From Takakia lepidozioides (Eukaryota > Plantae > Bryophyta): DNA of 64,000 nt. The stretch is taken from NCBI GenBank assembly GCA_030704615.1, contig CM060732.1:74958001-75022000 (forward strand), read 5' to 3'. Under the pieces are notes generated by a model. That model was not told where the DNA came from. It saw nothing but the letters and a program-made list of their open reading frames with translations, and searched no databases. Positions 25,143 through 38,915 of the stretch are shown here, piece by piece. The translations under genes and the position numbers were made by a program. Positions within the stretch are counted from its first letter, which is position 1; the number at the start of each line of letters is the position of its first letter.

Positions 25143-26731
25143 GGGGTTGGTATCCTGTGAGCACGCTTGCGTGAGCACAACCCATAGTCATGGGAGTTTT
25201 ATGTTTTTAAACCTCGGTCATAGGAGTAACTACATGTTTTCAAAACGGAATAAAACCATAAGCGGGTATAGAGGACTGGTGCATTCGTAGAGTACATCTA
25301 CGCCAATTTAGCGAGGCGAAACCTTCAGTAGTATAGCCAAAAACCCTAAACCCTTAGTGGCGGCAGTGAATTTCCATTGAGAAACACTTGGTGATATGCG
25401 CACAAACTAAGCAGCGGCGAATTTCGCACTGAGAAATACTTGGTGATATGGGCACAAACAGGCAATGGTGAATTTCGCACGGAGAAATACTTGGTGATAT
25501 GGGCACAAACTAAGCAAGCGGCGGGTTTGCATTGAGAAATCCCATCCCCCAAAAATCCTAATCCAAAAGGAATGGGTAGGGGCTTGAAAAGTGACCTATT
25601 CACCCTTTTAGCCACAATGTGATTGCTTCTCCGGTGGAATTTTGCACTGTGAAATTATCCATGGGAGATTTTTTTTTAAAAAAAAAATTAAGCAAGGGAA
25701 AGGACCTTAAAGTTGAGGTGAAGCCTCACCGCCCACTTTCCCGCCTCTTATGGAGAAAAAACCACGCCTATAGGGTAACATGCTCATCAAGTATAGGGGT
25801 TACTTGTTCGTTATGTGTTAGTTTCGCATAATTGTTAATTTCGTCAATTTCATTTCGGAAAATATGCCCTTGTGCTCACGTGAGCATGGTCACGTCGGCG
25901 TGAGCATGGTCACTTGCTACCCAACCTCCATGTTTTGAGGCACAGTGCATTTATAGGGTGGAGTTGCACCAAAATGATAAACTATTTGACCTATCAGAAA
26001 TTAGAATTAAGTAGTACCGTACATTGCTTTCGACATCACAGTGCCGAAATAGTTATTTTTGGAGGCTCAGTCCACTCGGCACCTCATATTTTATATTCTA
26101 GGGTTTCGGCAGTTTAGGATTGAAATTTTTCGCCAGCTGCGATACAAGCTTGCGATATGAGCTCCGCATCTTTAGAGGATGCACGCACCCTCTACAACAA
26201 TCAAGCAGTTCACGAGCACCAAATTTTCTTATTTTTGGACAAGTTGAGTATGTAATATTTTTGGATTTTTAGACATATCACTTGAGTTAATTCAAAAATT
26301 TCAACAACCCAAAATATAATTAATTTGTGTCGAATCTGTGAGATTTTTAATTTTGCATTGAGAAATTAAAATTAAGTAGTAATTTGGGGAGTGAGAGTTT
26401 CGTCTCGATAAATTATCCATGGGACGTGACAACCTTCAAGGTCTCTTGGAGTCGCAGCGCCCTTTTCTCAAGTCTATCATGGAAAAGGCCTAGTATCGGG
26501 TGAGCATAGCGTGATGAAATCCCATGCCTATAGGGTAACATGTTTATTATGTATAGGGGTTACTTGTTTTTTAAGTGTTGCTGTGAGGGCCTATGTGAGC
26601 AGTTAAAAATAGTTTCGCAAATTTCTTAGTTTCTCAATTTTTGTTTGGCTGATGAATATTCGGAAGGCATCAAGGCATCTTAGGAATATTCTCTTGTGCT
26701 CACATCAGCATGCTCACTCGCTACCCAACCT
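25143..26731. mobile_element. Probable DNA-transposon remnant with imperfect TIRs and internal repeats
   Basis: 25143-25180 is an imperfect inverted match to about 26694-26731. About 200-bp direct repeats lie at ~25765-25930 and ~26525-26730, and a 3 x ~51-bp tandem at 25369-25525. Confidence 0.45.
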
Positions 26732-27156
26732 CGGAGGAGGGAGGTTGCCGTAGGGGCTGGCGGGTGGATGGCGGAATAAAGAGGGGGTGGGGAGGTTTAA
26801 CTAGGGGGCCTGCCGGAGTCGACCCGGCTGGATCGGGCACAAGTACCGTCAGATTGCACGTATGCATTAAGTTCTTACATTATTCCTATTGTTTTGCTTT
26901 TGAGTGGGCTTACAATCATAGAGGTAGAGCTAGACGTGCATTGTAAAGTGCACCAATAGCTGCCAGCACCGTCTAGTCTAGGTGCTAGCTTGGGCAGTCA
27001 TTTCTCTATCCAAATTAGTTATTTCTTTGACTAAATTTGACAAGGGCACCAATTTTTTTCTTTTCTTTCTCTTGATAACGGCACCATTCGCTTTTCCATT
27101 AAGAAAATATTGGGGTTCCGGCATTCCAGCCCATTTCCCCTTAAAAAATGATACCA

Positions 27157-27214
27157 CCAGTCGGTAGCTCGATTGGATAGCTAGGCGATTCTGGGTTCAA
27201 ATCCAGCTAACTTG
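27157..27214 (+). other. tRNA-derived / SINE-like remnant
   Basis: A-box-like TAGCTCGATTGG and T-arm CTGGGTTCAAATCCAG (B box), but too short to hold an anticodon arm. Confidence 0.4.
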
Positions 27215-28482
27215 TTGGGTTTCCCCCTTCTCTTCGTTAATATCGTTTTGTTATACAACATAATAGCCAAAAAAGAAAACTAGCCATGAGTACACGAGGG
27301 CAATACAAAAAAGTATAATGCAGAGTGCCCAATTATGCTCTGTGTATAATGCACACCACCGAATTTTCCTTATCTTTTCCTTTCCTTCACTAGATCATCA
27401 AAAGAAACGATGAAAGGAAAAAGAAATTATCCCATTTCCTTAGAAATCATCTCCTCTTGTGTCAAGCACCCCTTGAATTCTATGTCCTAGGGCCTCGGGC
27501 TACCGCCCTTGGCCCCCACCGGGGGCCTTCCTCTACACCTAAGTTAATGGGCATGATTTGTGAGTGGTAGCTCCGGAGCGTTTCCTTTATATATAATAAG
27601 AAATTCTAAGGTACAGATGTCAAGATGACAGACTCTTCCATAAAATATTGTCCATAATTTAACGGTATTTCCAGTAGACTTTTAATTGATTATCTATTAT
27701 TTATGTTGTAATATAACGAACAGGAGGGCTGGCCTTATCCAGTGCGTTGGCCCGGTCTCTTGGGGACCTTGTGCGCCCGGTTAATACTTAATACTTAATA
27801 CGTTAATAATACGTATTGACATGGGTAAGTCAACAGCAGGTTCGGTTGTTAACCCCTAAATGCCCGCGACGCCCGAAACGGTATTATGAACAGTATTACA
27901 AAAGTAGATAGCGGTAGCGGTACCGGGGCAGACACCACCGGGTTCATAACTGCCCAGACCCTGGATACCCGCCCAATACTGGAAGATACTACTTATGTAT
28001 TCAAGAGATGGGAAAGACGTGACACGACAAAGTCGTCCATTTTCGTACATTACTTCCCGGATGAGCAGCACGCCTCCACATGGATGAGAAACATCGTCAT
28101 GGATGAGAAGGATCAAATGGGAATCATGCAAGGAATAGAATAGAAATAGCGCGCAGGGTGGTATAAATGGGGCAGCTGCTATGCGCGGGCTGGGCATCTG
28201 AGCTCTGGCGATGGCGGATCTGCTCCTGCGCTCTTGCTCCTCTTCCTCGAACTGGGCCTGCACGCCGCGGCTGAGGATGGAGCTTGCATTCTAGCTCTAG
28301 TCTGCGCAAGAGCAAGTTTTGGGGTGAAGAGAGGGAGAGACAGTGGAGCAGCATTTCAAGTTCAGACATTTGCTTGTGAAAGGGCGATTTGGGAAGGAGA
28401 TCGTGATTGAGAAGGAGAGGAGTAGAGGCAGCGGGAGACAGAGAGGGAGTGTGAGAGGAGGAAGGTAGAGAGAGGATTTGAG

Positions 28483-29565
28483 ATGGGGAAGGGATTTGGG
28501 AGCGGTTGGGGCAAGGGGCTGTCAGCAAAAGCGGATCTGCTGAGGAAGATAGTGTTGAGCTACACGTATGTGGGGATATGGATCTCTCTCAGCTTCACTG
28601 TCATTGTGTACAACAAGTACATCTTGGACCGCAAGATGTATAACTGGCCTTACCCCATCAGTCTCACCATGATTCACATGGGTTTCTGTTCCACGGTCGC
28701 GTTTTTCCTCGTCCGTGTCTTCAAGCTGGTGGAGCCTGTGGCAATGACGCGAGAGCTTTACATGTCATCTGTTGTGCCCATTGGAGCGCTTTATGCAGTG
28801 TCCCTGTGGTTGTCGAATTCAGCCTACATTTTCCTCTCCGTCTCCTTCATTCAAATGCTCAAGGCGCTCATGCCGGTAGCGGTGTACTCCATAGGTGTTT
28901 TGCTGAAGAAGGAGGTTTTCAAGTCGCAGGCTATGACCAACATGGTGGGTATCTCTGTCGGAGTGGGAATAGCGGCGTATGGGGAGGCCAAGTTCAACAC
29001 GTGGGGGGTGATGTTGCAGCTGGGAGCTGTGGCATTTGAAGCTACGCGTCTCGTCTTGATCCAGATTCTTTTGACCTCAAAAGGGATTTCTCTCAACCCC
29101 ATCACGTCCCTCTACTATGTGGCGCCTTGCTGTTTCTTGTTTTTATCCATCCCCTGGATGTTGGTGGAGTATCCGGTTCTGAGAGCGACATCGTCGTTCC
29201 AGTTCGACATTATCGTGTTTGGTGTAAATTCTATCTGTGCATTCGCACTCAATCTGGCAGTTTTTCTGCTGGTGGGCAAAACTTCGGCTTTGACCATGAA
29301 TGTGGCGGGCGTCGTGAAAGACTGGCTGCTCATTGCCTTCTCATGGTCTGTCATAAGGGACAAGGTGACTTCTATCAACCTGATAGGATATGCCATTTCC
29401 TTCGTTGCCGTGTGCTTCTACAACCACGCCAAGCTGCAAGCACTCACGGCCAAGGAGGCGCAGAAGCAAGCGCAGGCTGATGAGGAGGCCGGTCTTCTAT
29501 TGGATCAAAAGCTTGAGAGACTAGAGGACGACAAGCTCCCGGCTGGCCGGAAGATCGATACATAG
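28483..29565 (+). CDS. Nucleotide-sugar transporter, TPT family (UAfT / UDP-arabinofuranose transporter-like), intronless
   Basis: Intact 360-aa multi-pass ORF: [69 protein letters not shown]. Confidence 0.93.
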   Translation: MGKGFGSGWGKGLSAKADLLRKIVLSYTYVGIWISLSFTVIVYNKYILDRKMYNWPYPISLTMIHMGFCSTVAFFLVRVFKLVEPVAMTRELYMSSVVPIGALYAVSLWLSNSAYIFLSVSFIQMLKALMPVAVYSIGVLLKKEVFKSQAMTNMVGISVGVGIAAYGEAKFNTWGVMLQLGAVAFEATRLVLIQILLTSKGISLNPITSLYYVAPCCFLFLSIPWMLVEYPVLRATSSFQFDIIVFGVNSICAFALNLAVFLLVGKTSALTMNVAGVVKDWLLIAFSWSVIRDKVTSINLIGYAISFVAVCFYNHAKLQALTAKEAQKQAQADEEAGLLLDQKLERLEDDKLPAGRKIDT

Positions 29566-31323
29566 GTCTAGGACCATTCAAAGGCTCACCTCGTCTGTTT
29601 GTCTATCTTTACCAATACTTTTGCCCGGTAGAGGCAGCCATTGCCATCCCTACTCAGCCACGCCCTGGCGGATCCTTTTCTGCTTTTTTCCTACTGACGA
29701 TTCGGTCGAACACTAGGCCTGCTAGTATATTGAGGCGGTAAACTTGTTCACAGACACGGGCCAGAAGTGGGCGGTAGCTTGCAGCTTACATCTCTGATAT
29801 ATAAACAGCGGTGCTGGACTAGTGAATCTCGTATGCTGTCTATGCATGATAGCTCTAGTCTGGAGACATGCAGAGGTTGGTGACAAAATCGTCAACGGAG
29901 ATGAGAGGTACATCTGGCAGTGATAGCATTGCCACAGAAGGAAAGTTGTTCTTCCTTTTCTTCTCTTCTTACACTCCTCGCGTACTGAGGAGTGGGTAGG
30001 TTGTCAATATCATGAAGGGGGAGGAATCCCAGATTGCATGCTTTGGGATCCAGGGCATTGATGGACTAGGAACAAATCTGGCTATTTGAATTTTCTTGAT
30101 CCATGGATTCAAACGATTTCAAAGCTTAGCATATGCATTTTGCACAGCAACTATCTCTAGGATATACTCACCTCCCAAGACAAAGTCAGGAAAGCAAGAT
30201 GGTATATGGAGGGCAGACAGTACATTATATGTTGCTGCTTGGATGTGGGGTCTTGTTCCGTGGTCTGGCTCTTCATTCTGCTTGCAGAGGCAGTTAGTGG
30301 AAGGGGGGTGGAAGGGGTGCTCCTTTTCGATCAAAGCTATACTGTTGTCTTAGGGATCATTGTTGGATGTCAGTGGCATAACCTTGTTACAAAATCAGTC
30401 TCCTCAACTGATATAGGGCTTGTCATAAACTTGGAAGTTGATGCTTTGGAGGAGTGCTTATGCAAGTTCCTTTGCATGTCAGTCAGAAGCGAATTTGTTC
30501 TCTGTAACAGGCTCTTATCACCAGCACCTGCCTGTTGCTTCTTGTCATGGTGCCAATAGTGCTGTGCGATATCATTGTCTGTCAGGTACCTGGATGTCAG
30601 GTTCCTCAGATCCAATATCATATGCAAAAATAGTGCTTTGAGAGCACCTGATAAAGGGTGCCAGTCCCAAAATCTTTTCTGGAACATCCAGCAGTACCTA
30701 ATTGGGAGAGTGAAAACAGACAGTGGGTATGTGTGCTGCCAATGCCCAAGCAGCCACATCAATCCCGAACCACAGCCATTACATACTTTTCCTCCCATTT
30801 TGGAACTCCACGCACTCTCAAATCAGACCAGTGCAAACACTGAACAGTACCCTGCAACAATGCTTGGAGGGTTTGAAGGGAAGAATCTGACAGGCCTTTG
30901 CATTTCAACTTTGCTCCACAGGCCTTCTCATATTTGAAACTACAAGTTCCAATCACTTCCCTACAGATATACTAGCCTCGAAAAAATATCAAGAAACTAC
31001 CTTTCTGGAGGTAATTCTCATCTGCTTTTCATACACCTGCGAGACACATATTTCCAGGAACGTCGAGAGTGAAAGACAGTGATGTGTGAGAGGACAGCGA
31101 TACGTGTGTCAAGGGATCCCGTTAGCTTGCCTGCTTGGGAGGAGTACGTTGCAGAGGATCAAACAAGTGCGAGAGATCGGTCTCATTCTTAAAGTGTTGG
31201 GAATAAGAGGAGGAGGGACGGAGGAAGGAGGGCCTCCTTTTATTTTTATTTGGCGGGTGTGGGGATTGATTCTGTCTCGCAGGGAACCAGTAGTAGGCGA
31301 AGGGGTGACCGCTCTAAGAAACC

Positions 31324-34300
31324 ATGGTGGGCGCAACGTTGGATTACCAAGCTGCAGTGGACGATTTTGTCATTAAGCTGAGGCGCAGGTATACCCGCTT
31401 TTCCCACTCTTGTCTTGGTCTTGTGACGTGGTGGAGATGTGTATGAGAAATGTTTTTGTGAGGGGGTGGAGGTGAGGAAGCAATTTTCGGGTCCCCCTCC
31501 TGTTGTTGGCTCAAAAGACTACGCCGTGACCTAACTGGTGTTTTGAAGAACGTTGAGTCTTTCGAGTGGATTCTGACTGTTGACCATGGCTGGTGAGCTG
31601 ATCGAGGATTGCTGGGAATCTGAGAATCTTCCGGAAAGGAACCAATGATTTCGAGGCTTTTTGCATAATCCAAATTAGGCTTATATGTCAGGGTTGAGTA
31701 TCTTGTATCACCATTGTGAAGATTGCTGCAACATTGGGGAAGTCATACAGGAAAGCCATTTGCAGTGATAGTCCGGTTGCTTAGTGCTGAAGCAATGTGG
31801 CGGATGGTGAAAAGATCAGGCAGGTGGAGGGGTCCCTGGACAGCGCAAAACTCACTGCGGAGCTGTTGCGCCAGGTTGTTTCACACCAGCGCCTTCCCTC
31901 CACAGGGCAGGCAGCAGCGCTCATTGAAGCAGTCAAATCTGTAGGTCTTCGCATGATAGCAGCGAATCCTATAGGTGTGTCTTCTTTCTGTACCCTTGCT
32001 TTCCAACAATCACCCGCAAACCAGGCGCATGGGCATTCTAATGGTTATCATCACACATCAGAGGGCTATGTCTTACTGTTGCTTGCACTGGATTGGGTGT
32101 CTAGCACAAAGGTCAGTGAACTTCCTCAGGACACAAAGACTTCAATTACCTGTAGTTTGGACAGGCACAGCTGCAGGAACCTTTGATGTTCTTTATAACC
32201 ACTTATCGATGCCCACTCAGAGATTGTTCTTGTCTTTCCCACACTGCAGAGTTAGCTGTGGGAAATATTGTGCGGAGGGTTCTCCACATAATTCGGGAGG
32301 AAGACGTGTCATTGGCAACAACTGCAGTTCCGGGAGGGACAGTTGAGAGTGATGATGAAGATGGACCTGGAAGTTTGGTCCGCCGGGGAACCAATAGGAG
32401 TGCCTTGCGGGCGCCTTCCCTGCACAACTTGTTAGAAACGGTGCCTGCCCCTGTCCAGACCCAGCTGGCACCAGCAGTCTCAGTCACTGATTCTGAAATA
32501 AGAAGCCGATGTAAGTCTTCCACCTGCCTACACCTCTTCATGGGCTGACTTGCATCTGAAGACATTGTCTTTCCTCCTGTTTCCAGTTGTTTCTTGTTGT
32601 TATAGCAAATTGAAAGTTAGAGACATCTTAGGCGCATCATTCATGTAAGCACCACCATTCTGCCATGACACAACGTAAAGTAGCCATCTGTAGCCCAGCC
32701 CATAAGGCTCTTTGAACACATCATCCTCATTTGTATTATTGTACTGGCAGTCTTTGGTTGAGCGGAACACATGGCACAAATCATCCCAAGACATGAGTGG
32801 CCCAGCTTTATTCTTTGACATTCAAAATTGAGGCTAACAGATGCAAAAGCAGGAATCAAAAGCCAAGATTGTCACAGATGATATTCTAAGGAGAAGAGTA
32901 TGGGTGCAGCGGGGGACAGGAACTCAATAAGCTGGAAGTTGAAGCACAGTGTGATTGAGTGCATTACTGAGCTTCTTCAGGACATCGATAACTACCATTG
33001 TCTAGTTGCTGAGCAGGCCCTTGAACATATCCACCAGAAGTATGCCAGTAACCTTCTCAAGCGATTAGTGTTGTGTGGTAGTGTGGTAGTGTGTTGGACA
33101 GAAAGGAACTTAACGATTTGGTGAACAATTGTACATAGAGGTGAATTATCCAGTGCAAAGCTGGAAAGATAGGTAGTGATGCTACAAATGGAAATGGTGT
33201 TGGAGCTTCTGTCGTCTTCAATACACAGACTTGCGTCGTTACTGAATATCGTGTGTATATACAGCGAGGTGATTTTGACTCTAGGACATTCACGCACTCT
33301 GCTCAATTTTCTGAAGGCAGCCACCAAAAAGAGATCATTTCAAGTAGTTATTGCAGAAGGCGCACCAAGGTAAGCATTTTGGATGACAGGTATGTCAGCA
33401 GTGATGTTATGCATATGCTGGAACAGCGCAACCTGAGCAATTTCCTAGAAGCATCCATGATTTTAGAGCTCTCTCTCTCTCTCTCTCTCTCTCATGCTAA
33501 ATATTGAGGGAAGCGCCAAACCTAAGCAATGTTCTAGAAGCGATTTTGAGGTTCCCTTGGACTTTATAAAGCTCCTTTTCTATTCTACTTTTTCTCACTG
33601 TCTCTCTCCTTTTATATACGTCCTCACATGAAAATATTGAAATTTTTACTACTTGAGTTTAAGCTAGGCAGTCCATGCATCTTGGGGCAGATACCAGGGG
33701 CATACACTGGCAAAGGAGCTTGCCAACCGTCATCACCTGCAGACGACCGTCATCACTGACTCAGCAGTGTTTGCAATGATTTCTCGAGTGAACATGGTAC
33801 GCCATCTTTTGCGGTATCAATGGGACTGGTAGAGAGGCACAATCATGTCACCTAATCACCCCTCCACAACACCCTTGGCAGTGGGGCTTTGGAAGCCTTG
33901 TTGGTGTAGTTCTCAAATTGCAAGCCCAACTAACTGGAAGAGAGCTGTTGATTACAAGGCACAGTTCCATACACCCAGCATCCTTTCTGCCAAGACTTAG
34001 TGTGCCGTATTGTATTCTCCCATGCAGGTTGTATCATTCTGAGCAGCCTTCCCATTTTCACCTATTTTATGTTAAGAGGCCCAAGCGGCAACTGATACGA
34101 AAGCCTCCTCTAAAATAAATGTTTCTCTGAGGGTCTATACACATGAACTGACAGAGTAGTCATGTGAGTTGTTACATATGTTGTTGTCTTCTGTCAGCAT
34201 CGCACCCTGCTCATTCTCAGTGGTTGGGTGGGTCGGGGGCCTGAAGGTGATAGTGGGGGCGCATGCAGTGATGGCGAATGGGGGAGTGTTGGCTCCAGTT

Positions 34301-35336
34301 GGCCTACACATGGTTGCACTGGCAGCCCGCCGACATGCTGTTCCCTTTGTTGTTCTTGCTGGGGTCCACAAGGTACATGTCAGTTTCTGATGGTACTCAG
34401 TATAGTTATATTACAATTGAAAATCTTTTGGGGAATACCCACGGACAGGATTGAATCTGGTTTCTGGGGTTTTGAATGGTATAACTACTTTGCCGACTTC
34501 TCGTCAGAAAGTCTAGGACTTACGGAAAGCTGCAGTCTGCTAGGCTAAGTAAAGCCACAAACGTGACCTACCGTATTTGTGTGTCACTAACGTCCAGCCT
34601 TTGGTGGGGGTTTTTCTGTATGCGGTAGTTCTGCATAGGCTGATCAGTTAATATTTTCGAGGGGAATTTGATCACATGGAACATTTGAAGGGTGCACTAG
34701 TTGCAAGGAATTCACAGGCCGAATTCGGTCAGAAGGTTTACTCCTCTGTGAAAGCTATGCCACTTTTGCTACTTCACCATGTTCAGTCATGGAAGCTGTA
34801 ATCCCATGCTTGGGGAAATACATTTCTCGCTCTTGTCCTTTGAGGTGTGGAGAGCCCGTTGGCTTTGTAAATAGCTTCAACTGTAATTGACATTCTCATG
34901 TGAGAGAGGGTTGTTTTGATGTCCAGCTTTGTCCACAGTATCCCCATAATCCCTCCACGTTGCTCAATGACTTGAAGTCGCCTACAGAGATTGTGGACTT
35001 TGGGGAGTTTTCAGATTGTGTGGATGGTGGCACTAGTGGATCACGCACACATATTGTCAACCCAACCTTTGATTACATCCCACCAGAGCTCGTGAGCCTT
35101 TTCATCACAGACACGTGAGTCTCTCCATGCCCACCCCCCTCCTCTCTTTGTGTCCCCACATTGCAGAAGCGGGTTGTCTCTGTTGTCTGCCATTGCGCGG
35201 TGCAAATGAGAACTGCTGAGAGTGGTTGGACTAATGCTTATTTCATTGTTTGTTGTTCAGAGGGGGCCATAATCCATCATACGTCTACAGGCTTGTGGCA
35301 GAGTATTACAGTTCAGAAGATTACATCCTTCATTGA
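31324..35336 (+). CDS. EIF2B2: Translation initiation factor eIF2B subunit beta (9 exons)
   Basis: Approximate exons 31324-31388, 31820-31974, 32249-32509, 32910-33039, 33265-33369, 33691-33796, 34247-34372, 34927-35114, 35261-35336. Motifs [62 protein letters not shown]. Confidence 0.93.
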
Positions 35337-35835
35337 CATTGGAGCACATGGTGGAGGGTTGCCGGGATTACTTGCTAGGGGGCACATGTTGTGCCTTAAC
35401 TCTTTCTTCCAATTTTTGTGATAGAAGTATCAATGTATCAACTACCATAGTTGGGGTTAGTGGGTTGGGAATCAAGTCTGACCAAGTAAAGCTATTGCCA
35501 TGTGTATATATTGAGCTGTAAAAAGCCTCTAAGATTGTTGCAAGGCCTGTATGTGGGCTATCAGTTTTTGTGCAAGAGCTGGCCTGGTGAATGAACAAAC
35601 AAGTCCTAAACGCTAAACCCTAAACCACCAAATCCCCAAGCCCCCCTCCCTTTGCTGCCTCTGTTTCCTTCCATGACTACGAGACCAGGACCTCGGTTGG
35701 GAGTTGGAGATGAGCAGAGGCCTCAGCATTTTATTAATAAAGGAGAAAGCAAGTAAAAGATTGACTGCCTAAGCTTACATCGCGAATGATGGCATTGCTG
35801 GAAACTGAGGCTAAGTCCGCAGGAGTGAATTGCGA

Positions 35836-38200
35836 TCACTCTATAAAATACTCTGAATTCAAGTTGCATTGGGTGATAAAATCAGTGGGAGGGTCCAAAT
35901 ACTGTCCTGTTAAAAAAGATTTTGCTACAATCTTGTAAAATGATTTGGTGAAGTGAATTCCGTCCCAAATAATATATTTGGTGGGATCCCGAGATTTGTA
36001 GGTGGCCAAATCCACAGTTTTTCCTTCGAACGTTCCATTGTTTCCGCACATCACAGCCTTGTTGAAATTATATGGATGCCCATATCCGCAAGCTGCCTCA
36101 AAAATGTTCTCTTTTGGAAATCCTGAAGACACAAACGATGGGATTATAAGTCAGACAACAAATTCGAAGTGTATGAACTAGGGTATGTTGGCCTATGACC
36201 GTTCAAATAACGATGGTGAAAAATCTAACGGTGAATTTTTGTCATTTTTATCTCAGGTAAATTTCATAAGGTGTCCCATATGGGGCAATCTACAAACTTG
36301 GAACTATTTGATTTCATGAAACTTGTATACAGCAAGAGCCCTATGACCAATCACACTTTTGGGGGGTTATATCAAATGATTATTTACCAAGTGGTAAAAT
36401 TGGACAGTCTTGGGACCAGCACTTCATGGTCATACGTACTGACAGAAGCGTTAATGGGGTGTTCGGTCATAGACGCCTGTTCCGTCATAGGCTAACTTAC
36501 CCTAGTGATTAAGCAAAAGCAAACTACTTTACTAAAAACAAATGTTGTTATACTACACAGAAAATAAAGTTTATATTTAATTATAGATATTATATTTTGG
36601 ATCTTACCATATTGTTGTGGACTTTTTACAATGTCAAAGTTGATATCATAGTAACGACCAAAATGAATTGTAACTCCCGGCAATCGCCGACGCAAGTCTT
36701 TGACCATTCTTTCCAATCCGCGGTTGTAGGCCTTGACAACTTCGTTGTGCGGGATCAAGCATCCATACTCGTCTCTGGAAAAATTGCCATTGTCAAAATT
36801 GGGAACATTGGAGCGCATCCTTCTGCTGGGTTGTTGAAAATAAAAAAGTTTCGAGCTCCGGTATTATATAGAGTCTGCAGTCACAATTATAACAAGTAAA
36901 TTTAGATGACAGTCTTTCATAAATTTAAATGACATTGACAGATTTCTGTAATACACTGCTCTTTGTTACAGTGGTTCTACTTAGATTTAGATTGAAAAGT
37001 ATCATATGCTCTCTAAAATTGAAAATTATAATTATTAACACATAATAATATATGTAAATAAAAACAGTATACGAATTATATGATTGAGAAACCTACCTCT
37101 GTAGCAGCTGAAATTGCTGCCACTGATTCAGGTACAGTAAATTCGGTGACGTTTGCAGGTGCTATGTTTCGTAGGTACTGACACGCAAAGTCGTTGGTTC
37201 CCGCATGGATAACGTATAATCCATTGTCATAGGCTTGTGAAATCCATTGTCATAGGCTTGTGATGGGGGTCGTCGTTCTTCTTCTAGTTTTGCTGCACAT
37301 GGAAAATATGTTTTAGATCATGATTTTCAAAAACTATATACAACATTATAAATAAGTTAATCAAATATCAAAGTATGTAATTTTGAGCGAATGTGTTAAA
37401 ACATAATGGATTGAAAACTTTCTGGCAGATATCTGTTTACGTTATATGACAAGTTTATATAAATTAATTAATTATAATGTCCAGTTTTAGCAGAAAAACT
37501 TACAATTTGCATTAGATTTGAAATCCAAAAATTGCTCCACTTGCAGCTTGAGATGATACGAAACTATATAGTCGTCATTTCGTGCGGTGGCTCCGGCGTA
37601 TGCAAAATTGACCCCATGACGAAAATCGGGGTCCGTAACATTTGTAATGTATGCTTGGATAGGGGTGAGAAATGGAAATCCAAGTGCGTGAGCTGTTTTT
37701 TGTATAAACCACATCATCAAACAATTACACTACGATCTGAAGATGGTTCTCAATCAAACCAAACTACTTGATATGTGACTCTAAAAGTTATAGACTTACT
37801 AATGTCATAAAAGTAAATAACAACGAGCAAGTTTCACAAATATCACAACATTGATATGTTGGCAAAGGTATCATGCGAATCTCATTACAGTGGAAATGAA
37901 AAATCGTGGCCTGAAAGCCACAAGACGCTTACCTATGAAGTCAATCACAAGACGACCGTTGGAATAACGGCCAGCAGGGTGTCCATAAAAAGTTTCTCCA
38001 TACGGTCTATTCAAATGTAGTAATTCGTTCGATGGGAATGCTAACTTGTCATTCCCCGTATCTGACATTGAGTCTCCAAACATAAACAAAGCACGAGATG
38101 GGCATGCCGGTTTGACATTTCCAAGGGGTCCACCCTGTATGCTCCAAGTTGTAGCTAAAAGTACCACCGAAAATAGCATCCCGGGACACATGATGCCCAT
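35836..38200 (-). pseudogene. GDSL esterase/lipase copy B, frameshifted
   Basis: Paralog of 16817-18846. A 23-bp tandem duplication in exon 3 (37218-37263) and a 4-nt deletion in exon 4 (~36805) break the frame. A MITE sits in the last intron. Confidence 0.85.
36181..36502. mobile_element. MITE (322 bp) in a GDSL intron
   Basis: TIRs GGGTATGTTGGCCTATGAC / GTCATAGGCTAACTTACCC, flanked by TA (CTAG context). Absent from the paralogous intron at ~18500 (empty site). Confidence 0.9.
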
Positions 38201-38915
38201 TATTATAAACACTAATCGCACCTCAACACACCCAAACTCCAAAACTATGGCACAGAAGACCAGATTGAAGTGAATGCGGAGACAATTTTGTGAGAGAGAT
38301 ACGACCACAAGACAAAACACAAGGAACTTCCCAAGCTCCGTGTGCTAGAGAGAAGCTTAAGCTCACCCCTTTTATATACTGTGATATTGGCTCTTACTTT
38401 AATATCGGTTTGGTCACTTTTTACTAAATAAAATGATAGAGTTGAAAAAAAAAAGCTTTATTTTCAAAAGTTATTCAATATAATGGAAAAAGATTGATGG
38501 ATTCCAAAAGTATGGTATTTCGGTCTGGGAGATTAGAAAAAGAAACCGAGAGTAAAGTTCGTTTACAAAAAGAACCTTTTGTAAAAGTATACTTTATCAG
38601 TCTGAAATGCGTAGGAAAAAGTAAGGAACTAATTAGGAAAGGCAACGAAGGAGACGGAGCAGTCGTTGCTGTCTGCTGACAATTCTGCGGCAGTTGCCTT
38701 CGACACAACCTTCCTGGAGGTAATCCTGCAGGAGGAAGGCCAATGGGAGAGGGCCACCGTGACTGTGTCGGTCTCTGTCGCGCTCCGTGCGGTGCTCTGC
38801 TTTCCTGCGCTGTGCAGTGCAGTGATGGCGAAGAGGAGTCGAGGAATTGTGCGGAAAAGGAGCAGAGTGTGAGAGAAATGCAGGAGCTGCTCGTTGCGGG
38901 CTCGCCTCCGGAGCG

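Noticed and set aside
27157-27214. Functional tRNA gene (also the tRNA-like stretch at about 58996-59055)
   Set aside because: No complete cloverleaf or anticodon arm; only Pol III box-like motifs.
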